Below, piece after piece: positions 28,551-38,751 of a stretch of DNA of 48,385 nt (the stretch's first letter is position 1; each line of letters begins with the position of its first letter). The notes below the pieces were generated by a model. It did not search any database. It was not told the origin of the DNA and saw nothing but the letters and a program-made list of their open reading frames with translations. This DNA comes from Promethearchaeota archaeon. Lineage in GTDB: Archaea > Asgardarchaeota > Lokiarchaeia > Sigyniarchaeales > SOKP01. The translations under genes and the position numbers were made by a program. Location of the stretch: the NCBI GenBank assembly GCA_048938445.1, contig JBHLME010000016.1, positions 1 to 48,385 on the forward strand. Reading direction: 5' to 3'.

Positions 28551-29354
28551 CTAATCTGGAATGGTTGCAACGGCACGGACCCATCCCGCACTTGCTCGAG
28601 CAATTTTAATAGGAAAACAATAAATGGTTGCACCAATAGGAGGTACTTTATCCAAATTTGTTAATTTCTCCATTTGGAAATATCCACGCTCTATTCCAGC
28701 AAAATGACCTTCCCATATAATTGAAGAATCCGGATTTTTTTCTTTTAAGCTTTTCTTCCATTTTTGTGCAGTAATCATGAATGGTGCATCCCAAGACCAA
28801 GCATCTGTTCCTACAACGTGAACTCCTTGTCTTACAATATGAAGTGTTCCTTCTTTTCCAACACCCACTCCATTAAGGGTATATTTATTTGATTCTACAT
28901 ACTTATGTGCATTAGTATGGACGCATAAAATATCTCCTACTTGTAATCGATGTCCAATCTCATTTAATTTTTCATCAATATCTTCTGGAGTCATAAGATA
29001 TCCCTCCTCTTTATCCGTACAATCCAAAACAACAAGAGGACCCATTCCCCATTCCAATGGAAACTCGTCAATTGTCATAGCTTTTTTTTTTCCTATTTCT
29101 TTGTCTTGTATAGGAGCATAATGCCATGGAGCATCCATATGAGTACCACTATGCGTGGTTAAGGTTAAATTTTCTGTTGCCCATCCCTTTCCATCAGGTA
29201 AATGGTCCTCAGGATTTAATTTCGCAAAAACTAAACTCAGCTCATGTGCTCCGCTTTGATGGTCGTTGTATTCTATATGAGGTTCAGTTAGAGGAGGATC
29301 AAAGCGCATTTCATTGGGATTTATTATAGGAATTGAAAGATCTATAAATTGCAT
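28551..29354 (-). CDS. Cyclase / kynurenine formamidase-family metal hydrolase
   Basis: HSGTHMDAPWH, GTDAWSWD, EKLTNL, PIKIARASAGWVRAVA. Confidence 0.92.
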   Translation of the reverse strand: MQFIDLSIPIINPNEMRFDPPLTEPHIEYNDHQSGAHELSLVFAKLNPEDHLPDGKGWATENLTLTTHSGTHMDAPWHYAPIQDKEIGKKKAMTIDEFPLEWGMGPLVVLDCTDKEEGYLMTPEDIDEKLNEIGHRLQVGDILCVHTNAHKYVESNKYTLNGVGVGKEGTLHIVRQGVHVVGTDAWSWDAPFMITAQKWKKSLKEKNPDSSIIWEGHFAGIERGYFQMEKLTNLDKVPPIGATIYCFPIKIARASAGWVRAVATIPD

Positions 29355-29603
29355 TTACATTCAAGTAATTTAGTTAAAAAATTATTAAGACTAATTTAAA
29401 ATTACATTTAAATCTACTCGTGTAATTTAATGATTTTATTATATAAAAATAACTATTTCAAAAATAGACTAATCTATTAGTGAAAACAGACCCAACTATG
29501 ATCATAAATAGTGATCTTTATATAGGTAAATTAATATATTAATTATGAGAAATAAGACTCTCTATATTAAAAAAATAAATAATATTATAAAAGGTGGAAA
29601 AAT

Positions 29604-29915
29604 ATGGAACAAATGATAAAAATTTTACTTGAAAAGGGATATTTTAAAGCAAATGTTAATCCTGATTTTCCTTTTACTAGAATTCAAGTAACAAATGAAG
29701 GAGTCGCTATAGAGTTTCCTCAAGCAAATACAGAGATGAAATATGGATGTTTTGGTAGCGGTTTTATTTGGATTGATTTATCAAAAGAAAGAATAACCTA
29801 TTATTATTCAGCTTGCTCGCCATATGAAGAAAGAAAAAGTATATCCAAAAAAGAATTAATTGATTTATTAAATAATTTACCCGAATATGTTTCTCTTAAT
29901 ACAACCAAACAATAA
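29604..29915 (+). CDS. Hypothetical protein
   Basis: 103-aa ORF with AGGTGG RBS upstream and a T-run downstream. Confidence 0.65.
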   Translation: MEQMIKILLEKGYFKANVNPDFPFTRIQVTNEGVAIEFPQANTEMKYGCFGSGFIWIDLSKERITYYYSACSPYEERKSISKKELIDLLNNLPEYVSLNTTKQ

Positions 29916-30072
29916 TTCTTTTTTTTTATTTTTATAATTATTACATGAAAGTAATATTATCCATTTTAATATTAATTGATTAGAGAAGGGATTATTAAAT
30001 TTTCAATATGAAATAAGATTTAATAATACAAATCAAATTAAATAGTAAATGAGATAAAATATTTCAAGAAAA

Positions 30073-31209
30073 CTATTCTAACTCTTTATCTCTATGAGTT
30101 TTTTTCATGTCTTCTTCCGTGATATCATTGATTTTCGCAATTGAAGCAAGAAGTGCATCAAGAGTTATGTATGTATTCAATTCAAATTGAGGGAAAAATT
30201 TTTCTTCTATATTATGAATCGCCTTGTTATAGTAACTCATCATGTATGGTCTTCCCTCTATGATTAAATTTCCCGCGTAATTTCTATACCATTTATTTGT
30301 TCTTGCTAAATGTGACTCTTTAAAAGAAGTAATAGTAAATAGCCTCATACCAACATCTCCAGCCTGTTGGGCATATTTTAATATCTGGTCTGTTTCGCCA
30401 CTTCCACTCATTAATATGGTCAAATCTCCTTTCCTTCTTACTCTCCAACGTCCTTCGTAAATTACGTTTAAATCCTTCAAGTTTTCTTTCTGTAAATGCC
30501 CATATCTAATAGCTATTACTCTTGCAATGATTTCATTGATACCAACTCCTTTAAAATAGACCACATTGTTATTGTCATACTCTAAATATTCATTTATCAA
30601 TGTGATAAAGTTCTCAAGAACTTTTTCTTGCTTTTTAAGACTTTTCAAATTAGAATACATCCCCTCTATAGCAACATTATAATATAGGTTATAAGATTTG
30701 AGCAGGTCTTCCTCGGTATAAGCATACCCCATACAAGAGCAAAAAACAGCACTAGCTTGTTCAAATTCGGTTCCTAATGGAGCATACTCATTTATTCGAT
30801 TGGAATTGTCCTTTATTAAAATCACATTTTCGAATTCTTCTTTTAATTCTTCATTTCCTGTAATAAAAATCACATCAAGACCTTTTTTCTGTGCAAAAAG
30901 TGCATTTTCACGAGATTTTCCACTACCAGATCGAGAATTTACGATAAAAATATCACCTTTTCTCAAAGGTCTTAAATTAGCATTGCTAACTTGGTTTACT
31001 CGTATTCCATATGTATTTTCTAGCTCATTTGTAAGAAGTAACACGCTTTGAAGTGATCTTCCCGCTCCATCAACTATAACTCTTTTATTATCTTTTCCTT
31101 TATCTAATAATTCAAGACAATTTGTTATGATCTGCTGGTCAATATCTCTTAATGAGCTTTCAATTCTTTTCACGAGGTATTCATACGCTTTTTTAAAAAA
31201 ATCTTTCAT
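30073..31209 (-). CDS. Tandem double-SIS protein, 6-phospho-3-hexuloisomerase (HxlB/PHI)-like
   Basis: Repeat 1: GAGRS, GDIFIVNSRSGS, APLGTEFEQ; repeat 2: GDLTILMSGSGET, ITSFKESHLA, FE..LDAL..MKKTH. Confidence 0.75.
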   Translation of the reverse strand: MKDFFKKAYEYLVKRIESSLRDIDQQIITNCLELLDKGKDNKRVIVDGAGRSLQSVLLLTNELENTYGIRVNQVSNANLRPLRKGDIFIVNSRSGSGKSRENALFAQKKGLDVIFITGNEELKEEFENVILIKDNSNRINEYAPLGTEFEQASAVFCSCMGYAYTEEDLLKSYNLYYNVAIEGMYSNLKSLKKQEKVLENFITLINEYLEYDNNNVVYFKGVGINEIIARVIAIRYGHLQKENLKDLNVIYEGRWRVRRKGDLTILMSGSGETDQILKYAQQAGDVGMRLFTITSFKESHLARTNKWYRNYAGNLIIEGRPYMMSYYNKAIHNIEEKFFPQFELNTYITLDALLASIAKINDITEEDMKKTHRDKELE

Positions 31210-31421
31210 AATTTTAAAAAAAAATACATTAGATTAAAACTTTAGATATTGATTAAATGACTTTTTTTTTGTAAAAAAAAGTTTGTTATCAAAAAAAGTT
31301 TGATAAAATAGTTAAAAATCCAAATTCTTTTTGATAAAAAAAAATGCAAAACAATAATAAAGAGGAATTTTCATAAATATATTGATAAAAAATTTTTTTT
31401 TTGAACTTAATAAGATTTACC

Positions 31422-33050
31422 ATGAGTGCGTTTAAAATCAATGAATACATCGAACTTAGATTGGAAGATAAGCAAACTCATATTTATGTAGATGGGAAAA
31501 AATTTAATCAATGTAAATATTTAGTGTTTCAGATAGATTTATCTAACTATGAAGAATATGATTGTATTAATTCTATTGATGAGCTAGAGACGGATGATAG
31601 AGCAAAAGACTTTAAAGTCTTGAATATAGACCCTGAAGCAGAATTCTGGGGTCATTGCTCCAATCTGCAAGCTTGGGCCGAAAATTTTTATGACACGCGA
31701 TTATTACATAGATCTCTTTCATTCCCATTATTAAAAAGACTAGCTGAAGTTGGGGATCCTTTAGCAAAAAAATATTTTAAAGAAGAAATTATTTCAAGAT
31801 TACATGAAAACTCTGTTAATGTAACACAATATTTAATTACAGAAGGTTATTTAGATTATTTCAATTCTGAAGAAATTGATGTAATATTTGAAAATGTCAC
31901 TATTACTCGTCTAGATCTTAGATATGTACTTAATTTAGACAAGATCTTTTCTAAAATAACCAGAATTAAAACCCTCGAAGAATTAAAACTTAGTGAAAAT
32001 AACTTAAAGATACTCCCAGAGTCCATTAGCGATTTAAAATCACTTAAGTCTTTAATAATAGATAAAAATCATTTAAGAACCCTCCCAAAATCTATCGGAA
32101 ACTTAAAATCACTCCAAAAATTATCTGTGTGTAACAATCCTCTAATTGAGATTCCTGAGACCCTTGGTAATCTAAAAAACCTTAAATCTCTTAAATTTTA
32201 TAATACAAGTTTAAGAAATCTTCCAGAATCCATTGGAAGTTTACAATTACTTAAAAAATTATCATTATGTCGCAATAATTTATCTATTATACCAGAGTCT
32301 ATTGGTGATCTGAAACAACTCAAAACTCTAAAATTAAATAGGACTAAATTGAAAACTCTACCAAAATCAATAGAACAACTTTCTTCGTTGAATGAACTAG
32401 AATTATGTTTAAATCCCTTTTTGACCTTGCCTGAGTCAATATGGGAATTAAAATCATTATACTCTTTAGTATTAAGGGGAAATAGATTAGAATCTATTTC
32501 TGAATCTATTGGAAAGTTATCGACGCTAAAAGTATTAGATCTATACAAAAATGAGTTATCGATCCTTCCAGAATCTATATCAAATTTAAAAAGACTTAGA
32601 GTGTTAGATTTAAGGTATAATCAATTTTCTCATCTCCCAGAAGCTCTATGGTACTTATCATCACTCCAATCTTTATCCTTAGCTGGTAATAACTTATCTT
32701 CTCTCTCAGAATCTATTAGTGAACTCTCTTCATTAAAAATATTGAAATTATATAAAAATCAATTATCATACCTCCCAGATTCTATTTCTAAATTAAATTC
32801 ACTTCAAGAGCTTGATTTAAGAAATAATAAATTTAATACTATTCCAAAATCAGTTTCATCATTAAAATCATTAGAGTATTTGTTATTAGATAACAATGAG
32901 ATTGTATCCCTCCCGGAGGAATTAAGTAAACGGTATTCATACAAATACATAATGATAAGATACAATCCGTTAGTACAGGAACAAGATTCGAAAACAGAAT
33001 CAGTTATAAAAAATTTAGAAGAACAAGGAGTAATGGTTCTTTTACATTAA
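31422..33050 (+). CDS. Leucine-rich repeat protein with an Asgard-type N-terminal domain
   Basis: 14 consecutive 23-aa LxxLxxLxLxxNxLxxLPESIxx repeats plus degenerate flanks; N-domain EFWGHCSNLQAW; ATG 31422 preferred over TTG 31401. Confidence 0.93.
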   Translation: MSAFKINEYIELRLEDKQTHIYVDGKKFNQCKYLVFQIDLSNYEEYDCINSIDELETDDRAKDFKVLNIDPEAEFWGHCSNLQAWAENFYDTRLLHRSLSFPLLKRLAEVGDPLAKKYFKEEIISRLHENSVNVTQYLITEGYLDYFNSEEIDVIFENVTITRLDLRYVLNLDKIFSKITRIKTLEELKLSENNLKILPESISDLKSLKSLIIDKNHLRTLPKSIGNLKSLQKLSVCNNPLIEIPETLGNLKNLKSLKFYNTSLRNLPESIGSLQLLKKLSLCRNNLSIIPESIGDLKQLKTLKLNRTKLKTLPKSIEQLSSLNELELCLNPFLTLPESIWELKSLYSLVLRGNRLESISESIGKLSTLKVLDLYKNELSILPESISNLKRLRVLDLRYNQFSHLPEALWYLSSLQSLSLAGNNLSSLSESISELSSLKILKLYKNQLSYLPDSISKLNSLQELDLRNNKFNTIPKSVSSLKSLEYLLLDNNEIVSLPEELSKRYSYKYIMIRYNPLVQEQDSKTESVIKNLEEQGVMVLLH

Positions 33051-33141
33051 AGAATTTTTAGTATCTAATTTAATGCTTATCATATAAAATTTAATTATAT
33101 TATTTGAAGTGTAATTTGGAAAAATAGAATTTAAATTGAAA

Positions 33142-34044
33142 TTAAAAAATATGTTTTAAAGGAGATTTTTCTGAAATTTGTTTGCGTAGAATTCTTTTCC
33201 GATAATATGAATTTATACCAGAGATCAACGCAATAGAAGGGACTACACATTTTGCATGTTTAACAGGACCGAATAAAATAAAATCACTTCCCGCATCAGC
33301 GCAATACGTCATTAAAGATGCAATAGCTCCACATCTAGACACATCTCCGAATTTTTTAACATAATCCCAACCATAAATAGCATTAGCTGGGGCAAAACCA
33401 GTTGGTAATCCTAATTCAGTTTTTATTAATCTTGTAGTTTCTACATTTATGCAAACTGATGGTAAATCTAAAACAGCAGTATCTACAATAAGATTTTTAA
33501 TACCTGCCCTCTGTGCATTTGGTATTAATTTATCCTTCAATAAAGTTAATTTTTGATGTGGAAGGATATATCGATTCCCGAATGTTAACAATACGGCATG
33601 ATTCACGCCAATTTCTCTTAATTTGATGATACTTTCATCAGTCGTATTTTCATCTATACTATTTAATATGGCTCTATCGAGTAAGCCTATCTCTTTCAAT
33701 CCAGCCATTGCGGGAATTCGGCTATCATCGTTTAACCCATCCACTAAAAATGGAACCTCAGCTAAATCGGCAATAAATTCGCATTGTTTAGTAAGTGCAT
33801 CAGGGTAAGCACCAACCACATCAATAATAGCTTGCATACCCATTTCATCCACGAGAGAAATAAAATCATTAATCTCAGTCTCAACTAATTCTTTATCAAT
33901 TTCACCCGTTTTTTCATCTAATAATGCCGCATGATTTGTATAAAATACAGTACCTACCATGACAATAGAATTTTGTCCTGGTTGACCCCCGATTTGCGTA
34001 GAACCTATATTAACAGTGATTTGTTCTTTTTCAAATTCAAGCAA
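33142..34044 (-). CDS. mtrH: MtrH-family methyl-pterin:corrinoid methyltransferase (stand-alone)
   Basis: FEKEQ..IGGQPG..GTVFY, PFLVD, NSI, IVDTAVLD, GLPTGFAPANA, GSDFILFGP. Confidence 0.88.
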   Translation of the reverse strand: MLEFEKEQITVNIGSTQIGGQPGQNSIVMVGTVFYTNHAALLDEKTGEIDKELVETEINDFISLVDEMGMQAIIDVVGAYPDALTKQCEFIADLAEVPFLVDGLNDDSRIPAMAGLKEIGLLDRAILNSIDENTTDESIIKLREIGVNHAVLLTFGNRYILPHQKLTLLKDKLIPNAQRAGIKNLIVDTAVLDLPSVCINVETTRLIKTELGLPTGFAPANAIYGWDYVKKFGDVSRCGAIASLMTYCADAGSDFILFGPVKHAKCVVPSIALISGINSYYRKRILRKQISEKSPLKHIF

Positions 34045-34237
34045 TTTAAATCAATCTCTTTTTTGATATACTTTTAAATAAGATTTCGATATTTAATTTT
34101 TCCCATTAAAATTATCTTTATTCAATTTTTTAAGAGAAATATTTATAGTATATTCAAATAATTACCAAAGAATTAATAAGAATTTTGGTTATTGAGTTAA
34201 TAAATAAGAATTTATAGATTTACAAATTGAACTCCTT

Positions 34238-34723
34238 ATGAAGCTAAAAAAAATAAAAGAAATCAAGTGGAAAGAAAGTTTAGTCAAGAGTATCATATAT
34301 AGAGCAATTTCATTTGGACTAGGTGCTTTAATCTCATATTTATTAACAGGAAGTATTGTAACAACATTTTGGATAGTTTTACTTACTGAAGGAATACAAA
34401 GTGTCAATTATTTCGCGTATGATTTAGCGTGGAGCAATATTTCAAGAAAAAGACTTGAAAGACAAATAATTGAAAAAATTGCACTAAAGGAAATTGATTT
34501 GAAGTTAGATTATTCTTCTGTTCAAGAATTAGCATATCAACTTTCCCAAATTGATACTTTTGTTCCTGACCTTTACATGACGATAAAAAAAATTTTTGAT
34601 ACTATGTTAAGCAATGAAGATTTAGAAGAAATTCATAAAGAAATTGAAAATTATAGAGCCCATTTTAAATACGTGCATTCTGGACGAAAGATGTTCTTTC
34701 TAAAAGAAAGGGAACATAAATAA
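34238..34723 (+). CDS. DUF2061-like membrane protein with a soluble C-terminal extension
   Basis: ESLVKSIIYRAIS ... YFAYDLAWSNI pattern around two TM helices. Confidence 0.6.
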   Translation: MKLKKIKEIKWKESLVKSIIYRAISFGLGALISYLLTGSIVTTFWIVLLTEGIQSVNYFAYDLAWSNISRKRLERQIIEKIALKEIDLKLDYSSVQELAYQLSQIDTFVPDLYMTIKKIFDTMLSNEDLEEIHKEIENYRAHFKYVHSGRKMFFLKEREHK

Positions 34724-34800
34724 AAATGCTTTTTATCATATTTTAGTGAAAGAGATATAAAGTGATATCTTTTAAAATAAACGTTATTTATTTTAATTAA

Positions 34801-36096
34801 ATGAACATTCCCGCTATTTCCTTGATCTTGGTATTATTTGCATTTTTGATGCTTTTTTTTTCACAAACTAAATTCGATTATTTTCCAATGGTTTTAATCA
34901 TTGGATCAATTACAATTATTTTCCTGTTAACTATAGGTATTGAAAGGGAGACTATCATCGGTTTTATCAATTTTAGGACTTTAATTTTCATTTTTGCAAT
35001 GCAAATTATCATCTTTTTTGCAACCAAGGACATGGTGCTGGAATATATCACTATTAAATTATTATATGTGACAAAAGGGAATAACCGGTTATTATTCTAC
35101 ATTATCTGTATTTTTACAGCTTTAATTGTTGCCTTTATTGAAGATCTTACACTTTCATTAATATTAGTTCCTTTAATTTATCGGGCTTGCAGAATTTTAA
35201 AGATTCCTGCTGGGACCTACATGATGGGTATGACCATAACTATAAATATTGGGGCGATTCTTACACCTGTCTCGAGCTTGAAAAATTTAATAATAGGTCA
35301 AGAATTTGGGTGGGGTTTTGGACAATATCTTGCTAACATGGGGATATTATTTTTCCTTACTTTAATTTGCACTGTTTTTTTAATGGATAGATATATATTA
35401 AGGAAAGAAGAAAAACCAACCGAACAAAATAAAGAACTCTTTTTATCAATGATCGACCCTAAAATGGTCATTCAAGATAAAAAATATTTTTTATCGACTT
35501 CTATCATTCTTTTAATTACTTTTATGTTTATGTTTATTGGATTTGAACCTGCCCTCGTAACAATAATTGCTGCAGCTATATTACTTCTCATTCATTATAA
35601 AAATTTTCAAATATCAGATTTAAAGGAAGATATTAGCCTTAAAATTCTCATTACCTTTGCTATCTTGTTCATTCTATCAAATTCTCTAACAGTTCTAGGA
35701 TTTTCAGAAGCAATTTCTACGGGAATAATAAGCATGATAAATGATAATATTTTTCTTGCTGTTTTGATAACTTTATTACTATCTACAGTTTTATCCGCAT
35801 TTTTAGCAGGCACACCTGTTACAATTATTCTTCTTCCAATCATATCGGCTATTGTTGACCAAGGATTCTTTCCTAATCCAATCATCATTGCTTTCATTAG
35901 TGGTGTTAATCTGGCGGGAAATTTTTTACCTCAAGGTTCGGCATGCGATCTTTTAACTTTAAATTTAGCAAAAAAATATAATGTAGTGAATTTAGACTAT
36001 AAACGTTTGCTGAAAAATGGAGCTCTCTTCGCGACGATTCATTTCTTCATTATTCTCGGATATACATTTATTTACACTCTTATATTTAATTTATAG
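34801..36096 (+). CDS. ArsB/NhaD (SLC13, P-protein-like) anion permease, paralog of 7577-8884
   Basis: AGTYMMGMTITINIG, SAFLAGTP, NLAGNFLPQGSACD, KRLLKNGA shared with the paralog. Confidence 0.85.
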   Translation: MNIPAISLILVLFAFLMLFFSQTKFDYFPMVLIIGSITIIFLLTIGIERETIIGFINFRTLIFIFAMQIIIFFATKDMVLEYITIKLLYVTKGNNRLLFYIICIFTALIVAFIEDLTLSLILVPLIYRACRILKIPAGTYMMGMTITINIGAILTPVSSLKNLIIGQEFGWGFGQYLANMGILFFLTLICTVFLMDRYILRKEEKPTEQNKELFLSMIDPKMVIQDKKYFLSTSIILLITFMFMFIGFEPALVTIIAAAILLLIHYKNFQISDLKEDISLKILITFAILFILSNSLTVLGFSEAISTGIISMINDNIFLAVLITLLLSTVLSAFLAGTPVTIILLPIISAIVDQGFFPNPIIIAFISGVNLAGNFLPQGSACDLLTLNLAKKYNVVNLDYKRLLKNGALFATIHFFIILGYTFIYTLIFNL

Positions 36097-36180
36097 TAAT
36101 TTGGGTAAAGTAGATTTAATGTCTATAAAAAAAAATCATTATTATAAAAAAGCAATTATTCATTTTGAAAAATTAAAAGT

Positions 36181-36627
36181 CTAATAATATAGTTTAAAAC
36201 CTCTTCTTTTACCCCAGAGATAAGAAAGATACCCCCCTAATATCCAAGAAAAAATTGTCATTAAAATCATGTAAATATTTTTAATAATTGAGGGAAAATT
36301 ATAAAGTGGGGTCCATGGTTGTGCGAAAGTAATAGATCCAATCCCAAGCGCCATAATTCCTCCTATAAATGAACCCCCTCCTATTATCCAAACTAATTTA
36401 TAGATAATAACACTATCCAACCTTCTTATATAATAGACGCTATATAATAAAAGTGGCATTCCAAATGTGCATAATAATAGTCCTGATAATGGAATTAAGC
36501 CAAAAAAAAAAATAATCCAAGCTATTATAGTTGATCCAATATATACTCCAATATTGATTCTAAAATGATATTTTTTAAAAGCATTCGTAATCTTATGAAT
36601 AATTTTATAAGAGCAATCAGAAGACAT
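36181..36627 (-). CDS. Small membrane protein
   Basis: 148 aa with about four hydrophobic helices. Confidence 0.65.
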   Translation of the reverse strand: MSSDCSYKIIHKITNAFKKYHFRINIGVYIGSTIIAWIIFFFGLIPLSGLLLCTFGMPLLLYSVYYIRRLDSVIIYKLVWIIGGGSFIGGIMALGIGSITFAQPWTPLYNFPSIIKNIYMILMTIFSWILGGYLSYLWGKRRGFKLYY

Positions 36628-36917
36628 TTTCTATCTAGTAAAAAATATATTAATTAAATTTATAAATATATTCATTATTTTACAAAAATGTTAATGCACT
36701 TTATGAAAAAACGTTTATATCTAAATTTTATTGTTCTTTAAGAAATTTCGTAAGTCGACTTGACATTTGAAATTAATCAAAATAAACCATAATATCATAA
36801 ATTTATTACTTATTAGATTCCCGATTCATTTGACAAATAAAATATAAATAAAAACCATATATGCAATTTTAACCTAGTTTTCAATAAAGATTCACTTAAT
36901 TTAAAATTAACATATAA

Positions 36918-37652
36918 ATGATAACTATAAGAAGACCTGAAGAAATATATTTAGCACGAGGCAAAATTGAAAATGGGACGTTCTCAGGAAAATGGCATTT
37001 CTCCTTTGGAAACAATTACGATCCTAATAATATTAATTTCGGAACCTTACGCGTGTTTAATGATGATACCTTATCTCCTGGTGCGGTATGGCCATTACAT
37101 CCTCATACAAAAAATGAAGTGGTAACGTATTGTGCGGAAGGTGAATTTCGTCATGCTGACCAGAATGGAATAGGTGGAATTCTAAAAAAAGGATGGGTTC
37201 AACATACTACAATTGGAACGGGAATGTATCATTCAGAAATTAATAACCTTCCTGATAAACCAATGAGATTCATTCAGATGTGGTTTTATCCTGAACAACT
37301 GGGATTGAAACCTTCTGTAGAACAGATGAAGGTAGATAAAAAAGACAGGACAAATAAATTATTACAATTAGTGTCTAACAAGTATGAAAATACCTTACCC
37401 ATCCGATCAGATGCTACAGTTTACTCCTGCTTTTTAGAAAAGAATAATACAGTCTCACATGAATGCATTAAAGATTGGGGGATTTATTTATATGTTTTAT
37501 CTGGAGGACCAATTCAAATAAACCAAAATAACCTACCTGAATTAAGTGCAGTAAAAATAACACAAGAAAGAAGTCTCTCAATTCAGGCAATAAATGATGC
37601 AGAATTGCTAATAATCGAAGTCTCTATGATTGCTCCTTATATAGATATATAA
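36918..37652 (+). CDS. Pirin-family cupin (YhhW-like)
   Basis: HFSF, FGTLRVFNDD, HPH..NEVVTY, HSEIN, FIQMW. Confidence 0.93.
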   Translation: MITIRRPEEIYLARGKIENGTFSGKWHFSFGNNYDPNNINFGTLRVFNDDTLSPGAVWPLHPHTKNEVVTYCAEGEFRHADQNGIGGILKKGWVQHTTIGTGMYHSEINNLPDKPMRFIQMWFYPEQLGLKPSVEQMKVDKKDRTNKLLQLVSNKYENTLPIRSDATVYSCFLEKNNTVSHECIKDWGIYLYVLSGGPIQINQNNLPELSAVKITQERSLSIQAINDAELLIIEVSMIAPYIDI

Positions 37653-37718
37653 GGAGTCTAATATAAACTAAATTTAACTTGGAAGAAAAATCTTGATAAC
37701 TAGTGTTTAAATTGTGTT

Positions 37719-38504
37719 TTATGTCCTCTTTTTGAATTTACCACTCAAGAATTCAGCTAATTCATCCAATTTGCCCGCATTTGCAGAAATTTCTTCCATT
37801 GTGCTAGCTTGCTCTTCGGAAGATGCTGTTATTCCCATTAGTGAATCGAACTGATTTTCAATCTGTAAAATTATGTCGCTTATTTTATCTCTAGAATCTT
37901 CTATAGTTTCTTTTGATTCAACCGCTAATTTCCTGACCTCGTCTGCCACCGCCGCAAATCCCCGACCGTGCTCTCCAGCTCTACTCGCTTCAATATTGGC
38001 GTTAATAGCGAGAAGGTTCGTTTGCTCTGAAATTTTTGTAATAGCATCGAGTAGTTTTTTAATATGATTTGTTGAATCTTTCATTATCCTTCCATTTTCT
38101 AGTAGACTTTGAACTGTAGAACTAATTTCTTCGGATGAAGCAGTTACCTCTTCTGAACTTGAAGATAATTCAGTTGCCATGGATGAAACTTCTGTTGCGA
38201 CTTTAGAATACTTTTTTATAACTCTAATAACGTAATAAAACGAAAAAAGTACTACGGTAATGCCAGTACCTGCTCCAAAAACAATCCACCAAGCATTTTC
38301 AATTATAAGTGGAATATAGGCGGCTGTTATCATCAATATTGGAACTACATAAACATAACCGAGAACCATGAGGGTTAAAACCTTGAATTCTAAAGATTTT
38401 ATTGAAATTTTAAATCCTACAATTAATATTACATAAAGTATGAACATCCCAATGGGGAATATAATTATGCTTATTGGTGTGGTATCAAATTCTTGTAAAA
38501 ACAT
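37719..38504 (-). CDS. Short methyl-accepting chemotaxis-like protein
   Basis: Hairpin tip [35 protein letters not shown]; SEE/EEQ methylation-type helices; three N-terminal TM helices. Confidence 0.92.
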   Translation of the reverse strand: MFLQEFDTTPISIIIFPIGMFILYVILIVGFKISIKSLEFKVLTLMVLGYVYVVPILMITAAYIPLIIENAWWIVFGAGTGITVVLFSFYYVIRVIKKYSKVATEVSSMATELSSSSEEVTASSEEISSTVQSLLENGRIMKDSTNHIKKLLDAITKISEQTNLLAINANIEASRAGEHGRGFAAVADEVRKLAVESKETIEDSRDKISDIILQIENQFDSLMGITASSEEQASTMEEISANAGKLDELAEFLSGKFKKRT

Positions 38505-38751
38505 TAATAATCAACTCCCTTCTTAAAAAATTTTAATAAAAGAAATTTTAATATTAAAAACTTAAATTTCGTAGATATTATGATCTTTAATGTTATTTAT
38601 TACTATTGTCTATCATATATTAAAATTTTTACAAAAAAGAAAAAAAAACAATAATTCACAGTTAGATTTAATAAGAAGATCCAAATCTAAGTTTTAAACA
38701 TATAAAAAAATAAAAAATTAATAATAAAAAGAGATAAAAAAATGAACTATT

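Noticed and set aside
31960-32930. 69-nt DNA periodicity as a repeat array or DGR target
   Set aside because: Explained by 23-aa LRR coding; the units are diverged and there is no reverse transcriptase or template repeat
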